This document shows, one piece after another, positions 47,192-57,929 of a DNA stretch of 64,000 nucleotides (its first letter is position 1; the number at the start of each line of letters is the position of its first letter). The DNA is from Schizochytrium sp. TIO01 (lineage: Eukaryota > Protista > Bigyra: Labyrinthulomycetes), in assembly GCA_004764695.1 (NCBI GenBank), contig SMSO01000037.1, forward strand, positions 3,572,747-3,636,746, read 5' to 3'. A program made the translations under genes and the position numbers. Below the pieces are notes generated by a model. It had not been told where the DNA came from. It saw only the letters and a list, made by a program, of their open reading frames with translations, and ran no database searches.

Positions 47192-49516
47192 TTATAATTG
47201 AAGCAAATCCTTTGCCTTTGTCCGTACGTTTTTTACAGGGTCGTTCTGCGCTGCAGAGCGAACAAGTTGCTCAAGTGGCGCCGAGGAGCACTGCGCTTTC
47301 ACCAGTTGCTCAACAAGTTCGAGAGCAGTAATCCGTACCTTATAATCCGTTGATGGATCTTGCATAAGAGCTTGTGGGATGCCCGCTAATTGGTGAATAA
47401 CCCAGTCATGGCCATAACGTTCTGCGATAGCATGAATCTGTGAAACTGCCGTGTGTCGGACCTTGCGAACTGAGTTTTTCAAACATTGAATAAGGAAATT
47501 AACACCATTGGCTTGTTGAGTCCATTCGTCGCTAGTGAGAACTTTGACAACCTCGTGGGTTGCCCCAATGGCAGCGTCTTTAGCTCTCCAGCTCGAGGCA
47601 GCACTGAAGTCTCCAGCATCAATCTCGCTTCCTCCATACTCGCTAGCCCGAGATCGAGCGTAATCCTCATCACACCATGAAACGGCGCCATAAATTTGGG
47701 GAAGCAGTTCAAGACGCAAAGCAGCTGGCAGAGAATGAAGAATATCACGACAAAAAAACATGCGCACGGCTGCAGTTCTTACGTCGGGATCGGGATCCTC
47801 AGCAATGAGGTGGTGAAGGACATGCCCGACTTGATCAGGTGCTATTTTGACGAGCTTCGGAAAGGTAGAGAGGACTGCCTTGCGAACAATTACGTCTTCA
47901 TCGTAGATAAGTTTTTCCAGCAAGGGGGAAATAACCGGGTTTGTGAAAAATAAATCAAAGTACTCCGCTGCCGCAGCACGAACTTCTGGTTCAGGATCCG
48001 TGAAGAGCTCCATAACTATATACTGAAGTTCTTCTACTTGGAAGGCTTGCGCTTGTGAGGAGACAGAGGGCATGTCACATGAAGCATCAAGTTTCTCTCT
48101 ACCCAAATCAACTTTAGCCACTGCATCTGGGAGGTCCTCCGCATCATCGTCATGATATGTCCATTTATTGTTGACACTATTGTTGTTGCTGTGGTTGGCA
48201 CCAGCCGTAGAAATATTAGCAGATGCTGGTAAAGAGTCACTTAATAAGTTGTTATTTGGAGCCCATTTTGAAAGCTCGCACAACAAAAAGCCAAGCTGCT
48301 TTGCCAATGCAAATCGTGTGCGCCACGAGGTCGAATGAACAAAAGATTCGCGGAGCAAGTGGAGAAAGTGAAGTCTGTCTTCTGGAGTATTCATTTCCAT
48401 AATAAACTGTACCAGGCAGTGCTCAATAGCCAATGCTTGCACAAGATCGTCTGGGTCTGCCATTAGGTCACGAACTACTGCCAAAGGAATGCGACGGTTT
48501 AGCAAGATTTGCGATGCAGATGCGCGCTTGCTAGTATAAACGTTGTTCATAGCATCGGATTCTGACGACTTCCCAGGAATCTTTTGTGAACTTTGTGCCT
48601 TTTGTTTTTGCAGCGTGCGCTGAGTCAAGCTACCAAGATTTTTAGCCACAGCTGCACGAACCATGGGCACTGGGTCTTTACCAAGCCGGTTGATCAGGTC
48701 AACCTCCTGTTCGCTAGAGAGGCCTGTTTTCACTGGTTCTGCGAGGATTTCACACACAGAAATGCGTTGGAAGAAGCTCTTGAACGACCCTGATTCACTC
48801 AAGTACTGCAAAAGGTGCCTCTCCTGAGGTATGTCGTCTCCATCGCCTTCCATTGCATCTACTACGCTACTGTTAGCGCTGCTGTTTGACGATGACGATG
48901 AAGACGAAGAGGACGACGACGAAGAGGATGAGGAGTTTGTCTTCATTGGAGATCCACTACTATTGGCATGGTGACCCTTCATATCGGTGCCTTTATCCTG
49001 GTCTAAGCCACCAGAGAGCGTCCCTGCTGGAGGGGTATTATTGCGCGACAAAGAAGCAGCAGATTTGCTAATAGCCTCATTTGGCACTGGATCAAAGCGA
49101 TTAGTGTCAAGGACCCCTGGAAATGCAACAAGGGAGTCACCACGCTGAGCATGTAGGAGTACGCTATGAACGGCTTCACGGCGAATGCGAGCTTCTGGGT
49201 ATTCAAGCAGCCAGTGCAGAAGGCACTTAGCCTTTCTTGAAGAAGAAAATTCACGAGACCCCAACGAACGAGCTAGAGCGCGCCATACTTGGTCAGAGGT
49301 TTCTCTGGGAAGCAGGTGCTCTTCCATGACTTCGATCACCCGCTCAGACCCCACCTCGCGGGCGATCAAGTGTCCATGCTCCACTGCATGGGCTCTGGCT
49401 TCATCGTCCAGGAAATTCGATACCTCACTTCTCCAGAATGTAATCATTTGCTCATTGGTTTCTAGCTTGTTCGACATTTTTGATATGGATTCTTCAGCAG
49501 CACTGGTATTTCCCAT
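47192..49516 (-). CDS. Divergent PP2A scaffold (A subunit)-like HEAT-repeat protein, 774 aa
   Basis: Collinear PP2A-A-like loop motifs: DPVPMVRAAVAKNLG, SWRTRF, DPEPEVRAAAA, SWRAK, IAERYGHDW, DYKVR, DPVKNVR. Low-complexity insertions and an MG start. Confidence 0.8.
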   Translation of the reverse strand: MGNTSAAEESISKMSNKLETNEQMITFWRSEVSNFLDDEARAHAVEHGHLIAREVGSERVIEVMEEHLLPRETSDQVWRALARSLGSREFSSSRKAKCLLHWLLEYPEARIRREAVHSVLLHAQRGDSLVAFPGVLDTNRFDPVPNEAISKSAASLSRNNTPPAGTLSGGLDQDKGTDMKGHHANSSGSPMKTNSSSSSSSSSSSSSSSSNSSANSSVVDAMEGDGDDIPQERHLLQYLSESGSFKSFFQRISVCEILAEPVKTGLSSEQEVDLINRLGKDPVPMVRAAVAKNLGSLTQRTLQKQKAQSSQKIPGKSSESDAMNNVYTSKRASASQILLNRRIPLAVVRDLMADPDDLVQALAIEHCLVQFIMEMNTPEDRLHFLHLLRESFVHSTSWRTRFALAKQLGFLLCELSKWAPNNNLLSDSLPASANISTAGANHSNNNSVNNKWTYHDDDAEDLPDAVAKVDLGREKLDASCDMPSVSSQAQAFQVEELQYIVMELFTDPEPEVRAAAAEYFDLFFTNPVISPLLEKLIYDEDVIVRKAVLSTFPKLVKIAPDQVGHVLHHLIAEDPDPDVRTAAVRMFFCRDILHSLPAALRLELLPQIYGAVSWCDEDYARSRASEYGGSEIDAGDFSAASSWRAKDAAIGATHEVVKVLTSDEWTQQANGVNFLIQCLKNSVRKVRHTAVSQIHAIAERYGHDWVIHQLAGIPQALMQDPSTDYKVRITALELVEQLVKAQCSSAPLEQLVRSAAQNDPVKNVRTKAKDLLQL

Positions 49517-50041
49517 TCAACCCGCAACTCCAGAAAACGGCGTCTCCCCTTACGATAACAATGCAATGACCCTTATCTTCTTTATTGAGAGGGCTGGCCA
49601 ATGGCGACTGACTTGACTAGAATATCAAAATCAGGTAGTTTCTTGACGCTCTAATGAATTATTCCCTTCCGTGGAAACCAAGGATTACTACTGCTAGTTC
49701 TAACAGGAGTTAGATCCACTCAAAGTTTGAGACGTGTTCAAACACTTTGACAGACTCACAGCTGTCTTTCCCTTTCCCAATGACCGTGTATGTATGTAAG
49801 TCCGTACGCAAAGAAAGTATATTAATGAAAGTAGACTAGTGCTGTGCGGTTTATATCCCAGAAATACGTCTTCGTATGCTATATCCAGCCCTCCTTATTT
49901 TGCGCGTATATCTATCTATATATATGATGAATATTTTAAGAATGCGCTTCGCAGGTCTGTATTATGTATTGAAGACGATGTTTTGATGTCTTTACGGCTG
50001 TATGCCTGTACTCCGTTATTGCCTATTTCCTCGTTAGTTTA

Positions 50042-50068
50042 ATGAACGAACGAACGAACGAACGAACA
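50042..50068. repeat. (GAAC)n microsatellite
   Basis: gaacgaacgaacgaacgaacgaac. Confidence 0.9.
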
Positions 50069-50387
50069 ACAGGAGGATCCGCGTCCGTTCAAGCAGTCTC
50101 AGTCCCGGGTTCAAGGGGTCAATCCGCAGCACGGCTCTGGAACCGACTTGAGCGAAGTCGGGCCACCTCGCGCTACCCACGATCGCCTCCAGGCAGCGCG
50201 CTGGTGGGCGTCTCTGCGCTGCTGTTTTGGCAGTCTGTCTGTCTCTCTGTCTCTCTTCTTTCTCTTTCCTCTCTCCTTCTCCTTTTCTCCCGTAATACTG
50301 CGCTCCTACACCTCTGCTACCAATAACAATACCACTGCTACTATTATTATCATTGCATTACTCATTTAGGCATACCATAGTACATAT

Positions 50388-50409
50388 TTATCTATCTATC
50401 TATCTATTA

Positions 50410-50441
<32 letters not shown>
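50388..50441. repeat. (TATC)n/(TTTC)n microsatellites
   Basis: tatctatctatctatcta and ctttctttctttctttctttctttc. Confidence 0.9.
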
Positions 50442-52866
50442 ATATGTTTAGGTAACCTCTACTATCATTTACTGTTGTTCCTTCTAGCAGGTGCATAATG
50501 GTACCTACAGGACTAGTGTCATAGTGTCATTCTTTTCTTTTCTTTTCTTTTCTTCGACTTGTCATGTGATTTATTTTAGTCAAGTCTCTTTATAACTTCT
50601 TGTTTTGATTAAGAAATATTTTATAAATCTATTTTTTCGTATATACTATATATATATATAATCATTTCAAATTTAAAAATAAAAGTTTAATCTTAAAAAG
50701 AAATAGTTCTCAGCTAATCATCGCAGTAACACTGAAAACCGTCGGCTGGTTGTCTTTTAAAGAGGACTACATATGTACCTATCTAATACCAGCTTACTTA
50801 CAGAGCTCCACTCTGATCAAATCGCTCGAGGTCTTGGTGGTGAACATATCGAAGTGTTTCCGGTTAATAAAAGGATTCTTTGGGTGATTCTCTACCTTTT
50901 ACGTGCAGTGCAGCGTCTCATTTTCTATGCGATTGGTATTCAATAAAGGCGATTTACTCTCGCCTGTTTTTATAAAAGAGCATACTTTTAACTTACTCGG
51001 TAGTATTTATCTGCAAATAAGTAGAGGCTGATATGACCTACTAGCTAGCACTACTAGCTGGGGTGCAGGCGGTAGCGTAGTAGCATGATCCAAGATCTCC
51101 TTATCTCAGCGACAGAACTTTGTCATAAGCACAAGCTATTAAGGCATACGCTTAGAATCTGACCAGTGAGGGTACTTCAATTTAGTATAGTTTCATCCTA
51201 TAAAGAATGAACAAAGCCAAGCTCTCACAAGGGTTGACTGGACCTTTCACAACCTTTGTAACGCACTTTCTCGCGCTGTAAGGTAATACATTCACCATGA
51301 TGAAAATATTTTCGCTAGTGCTAGGTCCTAGTAGTATTGCAATGGTACAGGCTAGTTTTGGGCATTTTTCACACCTCGGAACAGGTTACCGTCATGCGAG
51401 ACAGCAGGAGCCTAGGGGTTAAACGAGAGCTACAGATATAGAGGATAACATGACATAACCGCGTAGAATATAGAAGGTACAGAAGAAAGATAATGGGAGT
51501 AGTGATCAACAAGCTTTTTGTCTAGCTAGCTAGTGTAATATATGTAAAATACATATAAGGAGTTTGTTATCGTAGCTAGTGTCTACACAATTTTTTATTT
51601 TTTTTTCGTTGTAGTTGTTACTGCGAAGGTACGACGACTAATTTAGTTTGAAGGAATTAACTCAGCTCGGCATATTTACAATTTTTTAATGAAAATGCAG
51701 TTGAGAAGTATACTTGAACACCTTATAAATCGTGAATGGAACTTATTTAGAGGCTTGCAGAGTGCGAGCGAAGTGACATATGGTTTTACAATAAAGAAAT
51801 GAAACACGGTGGTCTTGTGTGTTTTCGCATGAGATAACACTCTATCCCAATAATGGAAATGGTGGAGGGGGGAAGAGTTTACAAGGTTCTTGCATGCACA
51901 ATCACCAGACTAGCTCTCCAGGTTTCTTCGACATCCAGAATCCAAGTTTATTGTGTAAGCCAAGCCGTGATACTTATGCCACAAACGTTCATAGGTTGGT
52001 TTCTAATTACATATTCTAAAATGTAGAGTTTTTATCTTCGTATTCAATTAGCCAGGCATAGTAACCTCGAATAAATGCAATATAAATACGTTCTTTAAAG
52101 TGGCTGACCAGGATGTGGCATGAGTCTCATGCTTCTACATGACAACTCTAACCATAAATCAAATACCATTGCGTTGCATTTACTTTGATTCATGAAACAT
52201 ATGTTGGCCACCAATGAATTCATGCACTCTGAGTACCAGTAGATCGACGAACCAGACTCCTCCCAGGTGACTCGTCGCTGGTGGTGAACCCTGGAACATT
52301 TCACAGAGAATTCGTTGTTAACTCAGTTACAAAAGTTGGAGTGCTCCCAATCTATTGAAAGAGGAATAGCAAAATGATCTTTCAGAGCCTTGCCATCCGT
52401 CGTAGTGAGTGAACGGCAGCGTGTCTCAAGACTCTCTGATTCCCTGGTGCGTACATAGGCTTCAGCTCTTAATGTGATTCATTTAGGGTCTCTAAAAAAG
52501 GCTCACGTATTCCTTAGAAGATATACAGAAGGCACTCTACTGCCAGTGAAAGAGCCTTATATGTTGAACTTTCATGATATAGGATGCTTTCTTAAAAAAA
52601 ATAAAAAATAATAGTAATAGAAAGATAAAAACATATATGAGTAGCTTAAGAAAAAGAATTAAACTATGCCTAAACTGAATTAAAATCATGAATGAAAGTC
52701 ACAATATTTTTGAACACAACAATTGAGCTCTGCCAGTGAAGGGCATCCAATTGTGTTAGCCGTTCACCTGGGTTGGCAGAGCCTTTTCGAGGGCGGCGGC
52801 GGGTCGCTGCGCTGCCTTATCGGTGCGGCAGACTGGCGGGCGAGCTGCTACACTTGAAGCGTTGGC

Positions 52867-55419
52867 ATGAGTGCGTCCTGCAAAGCGGCTGGGCCAGATG
52901 CGGCATTTGAGGATGCTGCGGCACTCGTGGCTCGTCTTGATCAGCTCCTGCGTGAGGACCCTGCCGACGCGGAACCTGGCACCCGATTCTTCATTGTTGC
53001 AGCATACTGGTTCTCGCGCTGGCGCAAGTTCAAGAAAGCTGTCAACGAAGGCTGCTATATCGACGCTAACTACGATCCTGGACCTGTGGACAACTCCGAA
53101 TTATTACTCTCAACAATCTCAGACGGTACCAGATCTGGGTGTTCAAATTACGAAGCTTCGTTTTGTGCCCTCAAGCCAAGGCTTGTGTTTGGATATGATT
53201 TTAATCCAGTAGGCGTGGAGGCCTGGGAGCTCATCAGAAAGGTCTTTGGTGGCGGGCCCGAACTGCCGAGGCTTGTTGTCAAGCTTTCGCCAAATGCAAG
53301 ACCCGAGCTCGACATCTATCCTGTACATGTACTCGTGTCTATCGCAGATTCTGATTCAGGGCTTTGGAGAAATGATTGTGTTGAAGAGCTGTTTGTGAGC
53401 AGGGCACTAGAACTTGCGGCATTTGAGCAGCACCTTCGGGAGGAGGTACTGAGGAACAAGGCAATTTCATTGGAGGATGATAGATACAGACTGCACGGAG
53501 CGTTATATGGTAATGATTTCGTGAGAATCAATACCGAGAAAGATTCGATGACGACAGTCGGGGACGCAAATTGGTGCGAGAATGGGGAGAATGCACGCGT
53601 ATTAGTCGAGATTGTTAGGGAGGATGGGACATGGCCGAGAGAACAACCACATCGAAGGAGTAGCTCGCTGTCTAGCTATGGAAGCTCCATCACGCAGAAA
53701 AGGCTTCGTAATGGGGTTCATGTAGACGACGGGGACAGCAGAAAACGCAAGGGGAGTTTAGGTGACGGAGGGAGTAAGTCAATACGAACGATAGCCGCTG
53801 GGGAGCTGAGCTTTACGCCTAAACATAGTGGGAGCTTTACCTTGAACCGACAGCTTGCGCCCCCTCCCCAGTCTGCATTTGCTGTTATTCCAGGAACACG
53901 GGAGCAAGGTAATCCAATATATAACAATACAGCGAACACAAAGTCGCAAAATATAGCGAAAGGGATGAACAAAGGCGATGATCGGGGAAGCCCCAGTCGC
54001 GGTGTCACAGGTTTGCGCAACTTAGGAAATACTTGTTTTATGAATGCAACTTTGCAGTGCCTCAACCAAGCTCAAAAGCTAATTGCATACTTGATCGATG
54101 AACGCCGTCTTCGTGAGAGCCTAATATCTGTTGTTGCTCGAGCCAGCTATGCGGATAAGTCTTTGGTTCTTGGATACGCTGAGCTCACAAAAATGCTTTG
54201 GTCTCGACAACATTCTGTAGTCACACCAAGTGGATTTCTCCGTGTTGTATCGTCCAACAACGCACTCTTCGGGGACAGCAGTCAACACGATGCACAGGAG
54301 TTTTTAATGTGGTTACTGAACAACTTTCATGAAGAAACGAACCAAGCCGTTAGCGCCCGGACTTCATTTCGAGATATTGATACTGGTCTTCCGATTGAAA
54401 GTGAGAGTCATTTGCTCGGAGTGGAAGGATTCGACGACATGCCTATGGACGATGTAGCATCACCTCCACGAAAGACACGTCGGGCCATGTATGAGAGCGA
54501 AGAAGATAGCGACCTGGACAGTATGATGGGTGATACAGCTCGGCTGCTTCGAGCAAATGACGCGTGGGATAAGTGTCATCGTAAGGATGACTCTGTCATT
54601 CTTGATTTGTTTCAAGGTCAGGTGGAGTCCCGTCTTGAATGTGAACAATGCAGGCACATGTCGTCAACCTTTGATGTGTTTACGATGTTGAGCCTTCCTT
54701 TAGTGTGGGATTCTAATGACTCAGACAGCTCTCCCATGCTGACTATCGAGAAATGTTTAGAACAATATATTTCAAAGGAGCATCTCTTTGACGAGGTAAG
54801 TTTTGATATCTAATCAGGAAAGGAAAAAGTATATTGCCGAAAAATGGTTATATAGCTTCCTTTGTTTCCATCACTTAGTTCACTCTCTATAAGACTATGG
54901 GAAGATGGTTCTATTTTACACGAAATTCTTCCTTGACTCCTTTACGGTTTCCAAATTGCCCACTGACGCTTTAGAACGATGGTTCATTTAATTTGAATGT
55001 TTATGCAGGAACAATGGTTTTGCCCTAAATGTCGCGACTTGCGACCTGCAACAAAGACAATCTCTCTTATTGGCTCGCGCCTCCCACACTTGTTAATTCT
55101 GCACCTAAAGAGGTTTCGCTCCAATGGAACAAAAATCGATTCAATTGTGCGTTTTGGCGAGAAGCTTAATATGGAGCCTTTTGTCGCACCCGAGTTTCAG
55201 GATCCCGGTTCATACCACAATACACAAAACATGGAGTATAGTCTGTATGGCGTAGTCCGGCACTCTGGATCTTTGCAAGGTGGCCACTACACTGCGCATG
55301 TTAAGTGCGTGGATGGTGCATGGAGGTGGATGAATGATTCGACAGTCTCAGTTTTGACAGACTCCCTAGATGGCCTCGATGAACAGGCATATATGTTGTT
55401 TTATACCTTAGAGCTTTGA
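52867..55419 (+). CDS. Ubiquitin-specific protease with N-terminal DUSP (USP4/11/15-like); exons 52867-54795 and 55009-55419, ~779 aa
   Basis: DUSP (WFSRWR..PGPVDNSEL..WELIRKVFGGGP), Cys box GLRNLGNTCFMNATLQCL, QHDAQEFL, WFCPKC, LHLKRF, His box HSGSLQGGHYTA, WMNDS. A phase-0 intron joins the two ORFs. Confidence 0.93.
54796..55008 (+). other. Spliceosomal intron (213 nt) in USP gene
   Basis: GAG|GTAAGT donor, CACTGAC branch-like site at 54961, TGCAG|GAA acceptor; splicing restores the frame. Confidence 0.9.
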
Positions 55420-55765
55420 GGAATCTTGCCAGACTCTATTAATACTTTAGGTGAGCACAGACCTTACAGAAGTACGCACTTTATGACCCAAATACACAAT
55501 TCGAAAGCCATGAAACTCACGAATATTGCAGGGAAGAACGTGAATTTGATTACCAGATGTGGCTAGCTAAAATTTGTTATAATGTGCAAACTTACTCCTA
55601 CACTAATGAAGTACTCAGACAAATTGACTTTTATTAATTAGTTCCTTAACAATACTAATGCTGTCTATCACTATCACAACGTTGTGTTTACTTTTGTCCT
55701 TCCTGGGAAACATTAAGTTTTCTTTAACGCTAATGACCTTGTTTTCTCTTCGTAGAATCAATTAC

Positions 55766-56669
55766 TTATTTTCCGGGTGCAGATACATTGGTTGCAGACG
55801 AATTTTGTTCTTCTGGAATACACTGAACACGATCTGCGCGTTGGATGAGCGCAAATTCCTGGGAGCCAAGGAAACTAAGTAATCCTTCAGGTCCAACAAA
55901 CTGCTTACCATTCCATGCATCTGCATTGACAAGGCAATCCTCAATTTTTGCGAAGAATATCACATGGTCAGGGTCGACTTCTTCCTGTGTAGAAATTACT
56001 CGAAGACGAATACGTGCGGTCGACCCTTTGACGAATTCACACAACCCACTTTCACCACGAACTGGCCTCCACTCCTTCTCAACACCATCCATCTCTACAA
56101 ATTTATCGGTCTCACGACCGGTTACTTTTCCAATTCGAAGCAACAGTGGTGCTTGTGTGGCACCAGCTACCGCAAGCTCAAACCTCCCTGTAGCCAGCAC
56201 ACGTCCACATGAATAGCGTCGGCGATTAAGGCTCAACATGACTAGGCCGTCATTGTTAACCTAAAATCAGGCGGTAGATTAAAGTCCAAAAATGCCATGC
56301 ATGCAACAATTCATATCAGGTAGCCAAAATTAATTAAATAAAAGTTAGAGCGTCCCTTCACTCATGGTTTGCCTGTCACCAATGCGGAAAGGATTGCAGA
56401 CATACCTATTCCTCTTGTTAAGAACTGGGACAATAAAACCTACCATTCACCTGCAAACTTACCATCGATAACCAAGAGCATATCATGACATTATAACCAG
56501 ATGCCTTTTCAGGATCCTCCGTTACTAGCATGCACACCGGATTCATGTACAACACACGCGACTGTAACTTAGTCTGTTTGAGGCGAACTACCTCGGGACC
56601 CACCGGTTTTGCCGCAGCATCAGCTTCTACAAGCACCGAGGCTCTTTCATTTCCTACCTCATCTGCCAT
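55766..56669 (-). CDS. Flavin reductase-like (flavoredoxin/DIM6-NTAB family) protein; exons 56669-56463 and 56260-55766, ~233 aa
   Basis: LYMNPVCML...YNVMICSWLSM|VNNDGLVMLSLNRRRYS...GRF...IGKVTGRETDKF...DHVIFFAKI matches the FMN-binding split-barrel pattern. Confidence 0.85.
56261..56462 (-). other. Spliceosomal intron (202 nt) in flavin reductase gene
   Basis: ATG|GTAAGT donor and TTTTAG|GTT acceptor on the minus strand; phase 0, in frame. Confidence 0.88.
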
Positions 56670-57929
56670 TCTGATCAACCTATATCTCTGTGACAAACCT
56701 GCTGGCCCGATATTGCTCTTCACGCAGCCCGTTTATGACTCCCAGTGGATCCTCAATTTGCATTCTGCAACCGCACCAAGAAAAAGCATCTTCAAGTTGT
56801 TTTTGGCTCAAAATCGATCTATCGTACGATTAGGTATTACTAATCCCACCTGGTGCAACATAGCATTGGTGGGCCCGGAATTCCGGTCATATTACTCGGA
56901 ATTCCTACAAACACGTGAAAGCCCTTTGTACCAACCAGAGTTGATAATTTCTTTAAAAATTCGGATTTTCTATTTTAAAAGTAAAATAATAATAATAAAC
57001 ACTTAGAATTTAATTACCTATAAAGTTTGGAAAGCTTGCATTTCCTATGGTGCCAATGCCCAATCGCAGGTTAAAAACTAACCCGCGACTCAAAGACAAT
57101 TCTTAAATCATAGGTAGCGCAATAGGATGCCTCTGGCGGCGTGGCTATCACGATCTGCATTTTTTGGGGGCATTTGGAAACCTTGGAGGAGCTTGTCGTG
57201 GATGATGGTAGTGTTTGGAGCTCGATGGTTCCCTGGTCATTTCGTCTTCATACCTAAGCTACACTTCTTAATAAAGACCCGAATAATTATATCATTTATG
57301 TGATGGAATACTCACTACCACTTGGAAATTATATACAGTCTTTTCTGTCTTTGAAAAGTTTCATCGTCCTTTTTATTCTAAGTTTGAATGGATCTTTAAA
57401 TAACAAATTGAAGTGTTTTTTAAAGGAAACCTTCAAGTTGAACGAAGGGCCAAAATAAAAAATCTGCGTCGAAATCTCTGATTTTACTCAACAAAAGCAA
57501 AGCAACAACTCCCACCTCTTGAGGGCACTCGCGACGCTTGTGCAGGGCTCTGTTTGCAGGGCAGGCGAGCTGACTGGCGAGGTTGATCAACGCTGGTGGG
57601 CTGCTCCTGCTGACGGATCTACGCCTCTTGAAGGGCTGCGAACCGCAGTGGCCGACGGGATCCGTGCTGGTACTACTACTACTACTATTGTGTCAAACCC
57701 TGGTCAAAGGCCAATAGTAAGGAGGTTTCTGTGGGCCTCACGCACGTAAACCGAAGGCTACTACTGCATTGATAGTCTTGGACAACATCGTACTTGAAAT
57801 ACCCAGATTTTTTGAATTTAACTTGATAATAGTTGAGACACGCCAGGTGTTTTATTGAACTTCATTAATCAAAAACACAGTAATTGCCGGATCTAAGGGA
57901 TTGGTCTCATCTCCTTGTTGACAAACCCA

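Noticed and set aside
23838-49516. Three Met-Gly (myristoylation-type) signalling genes as a functional cluster
   Set aside because: They are spread over 25 kb among unrelated genes, so there is no evidence of co-regulation.
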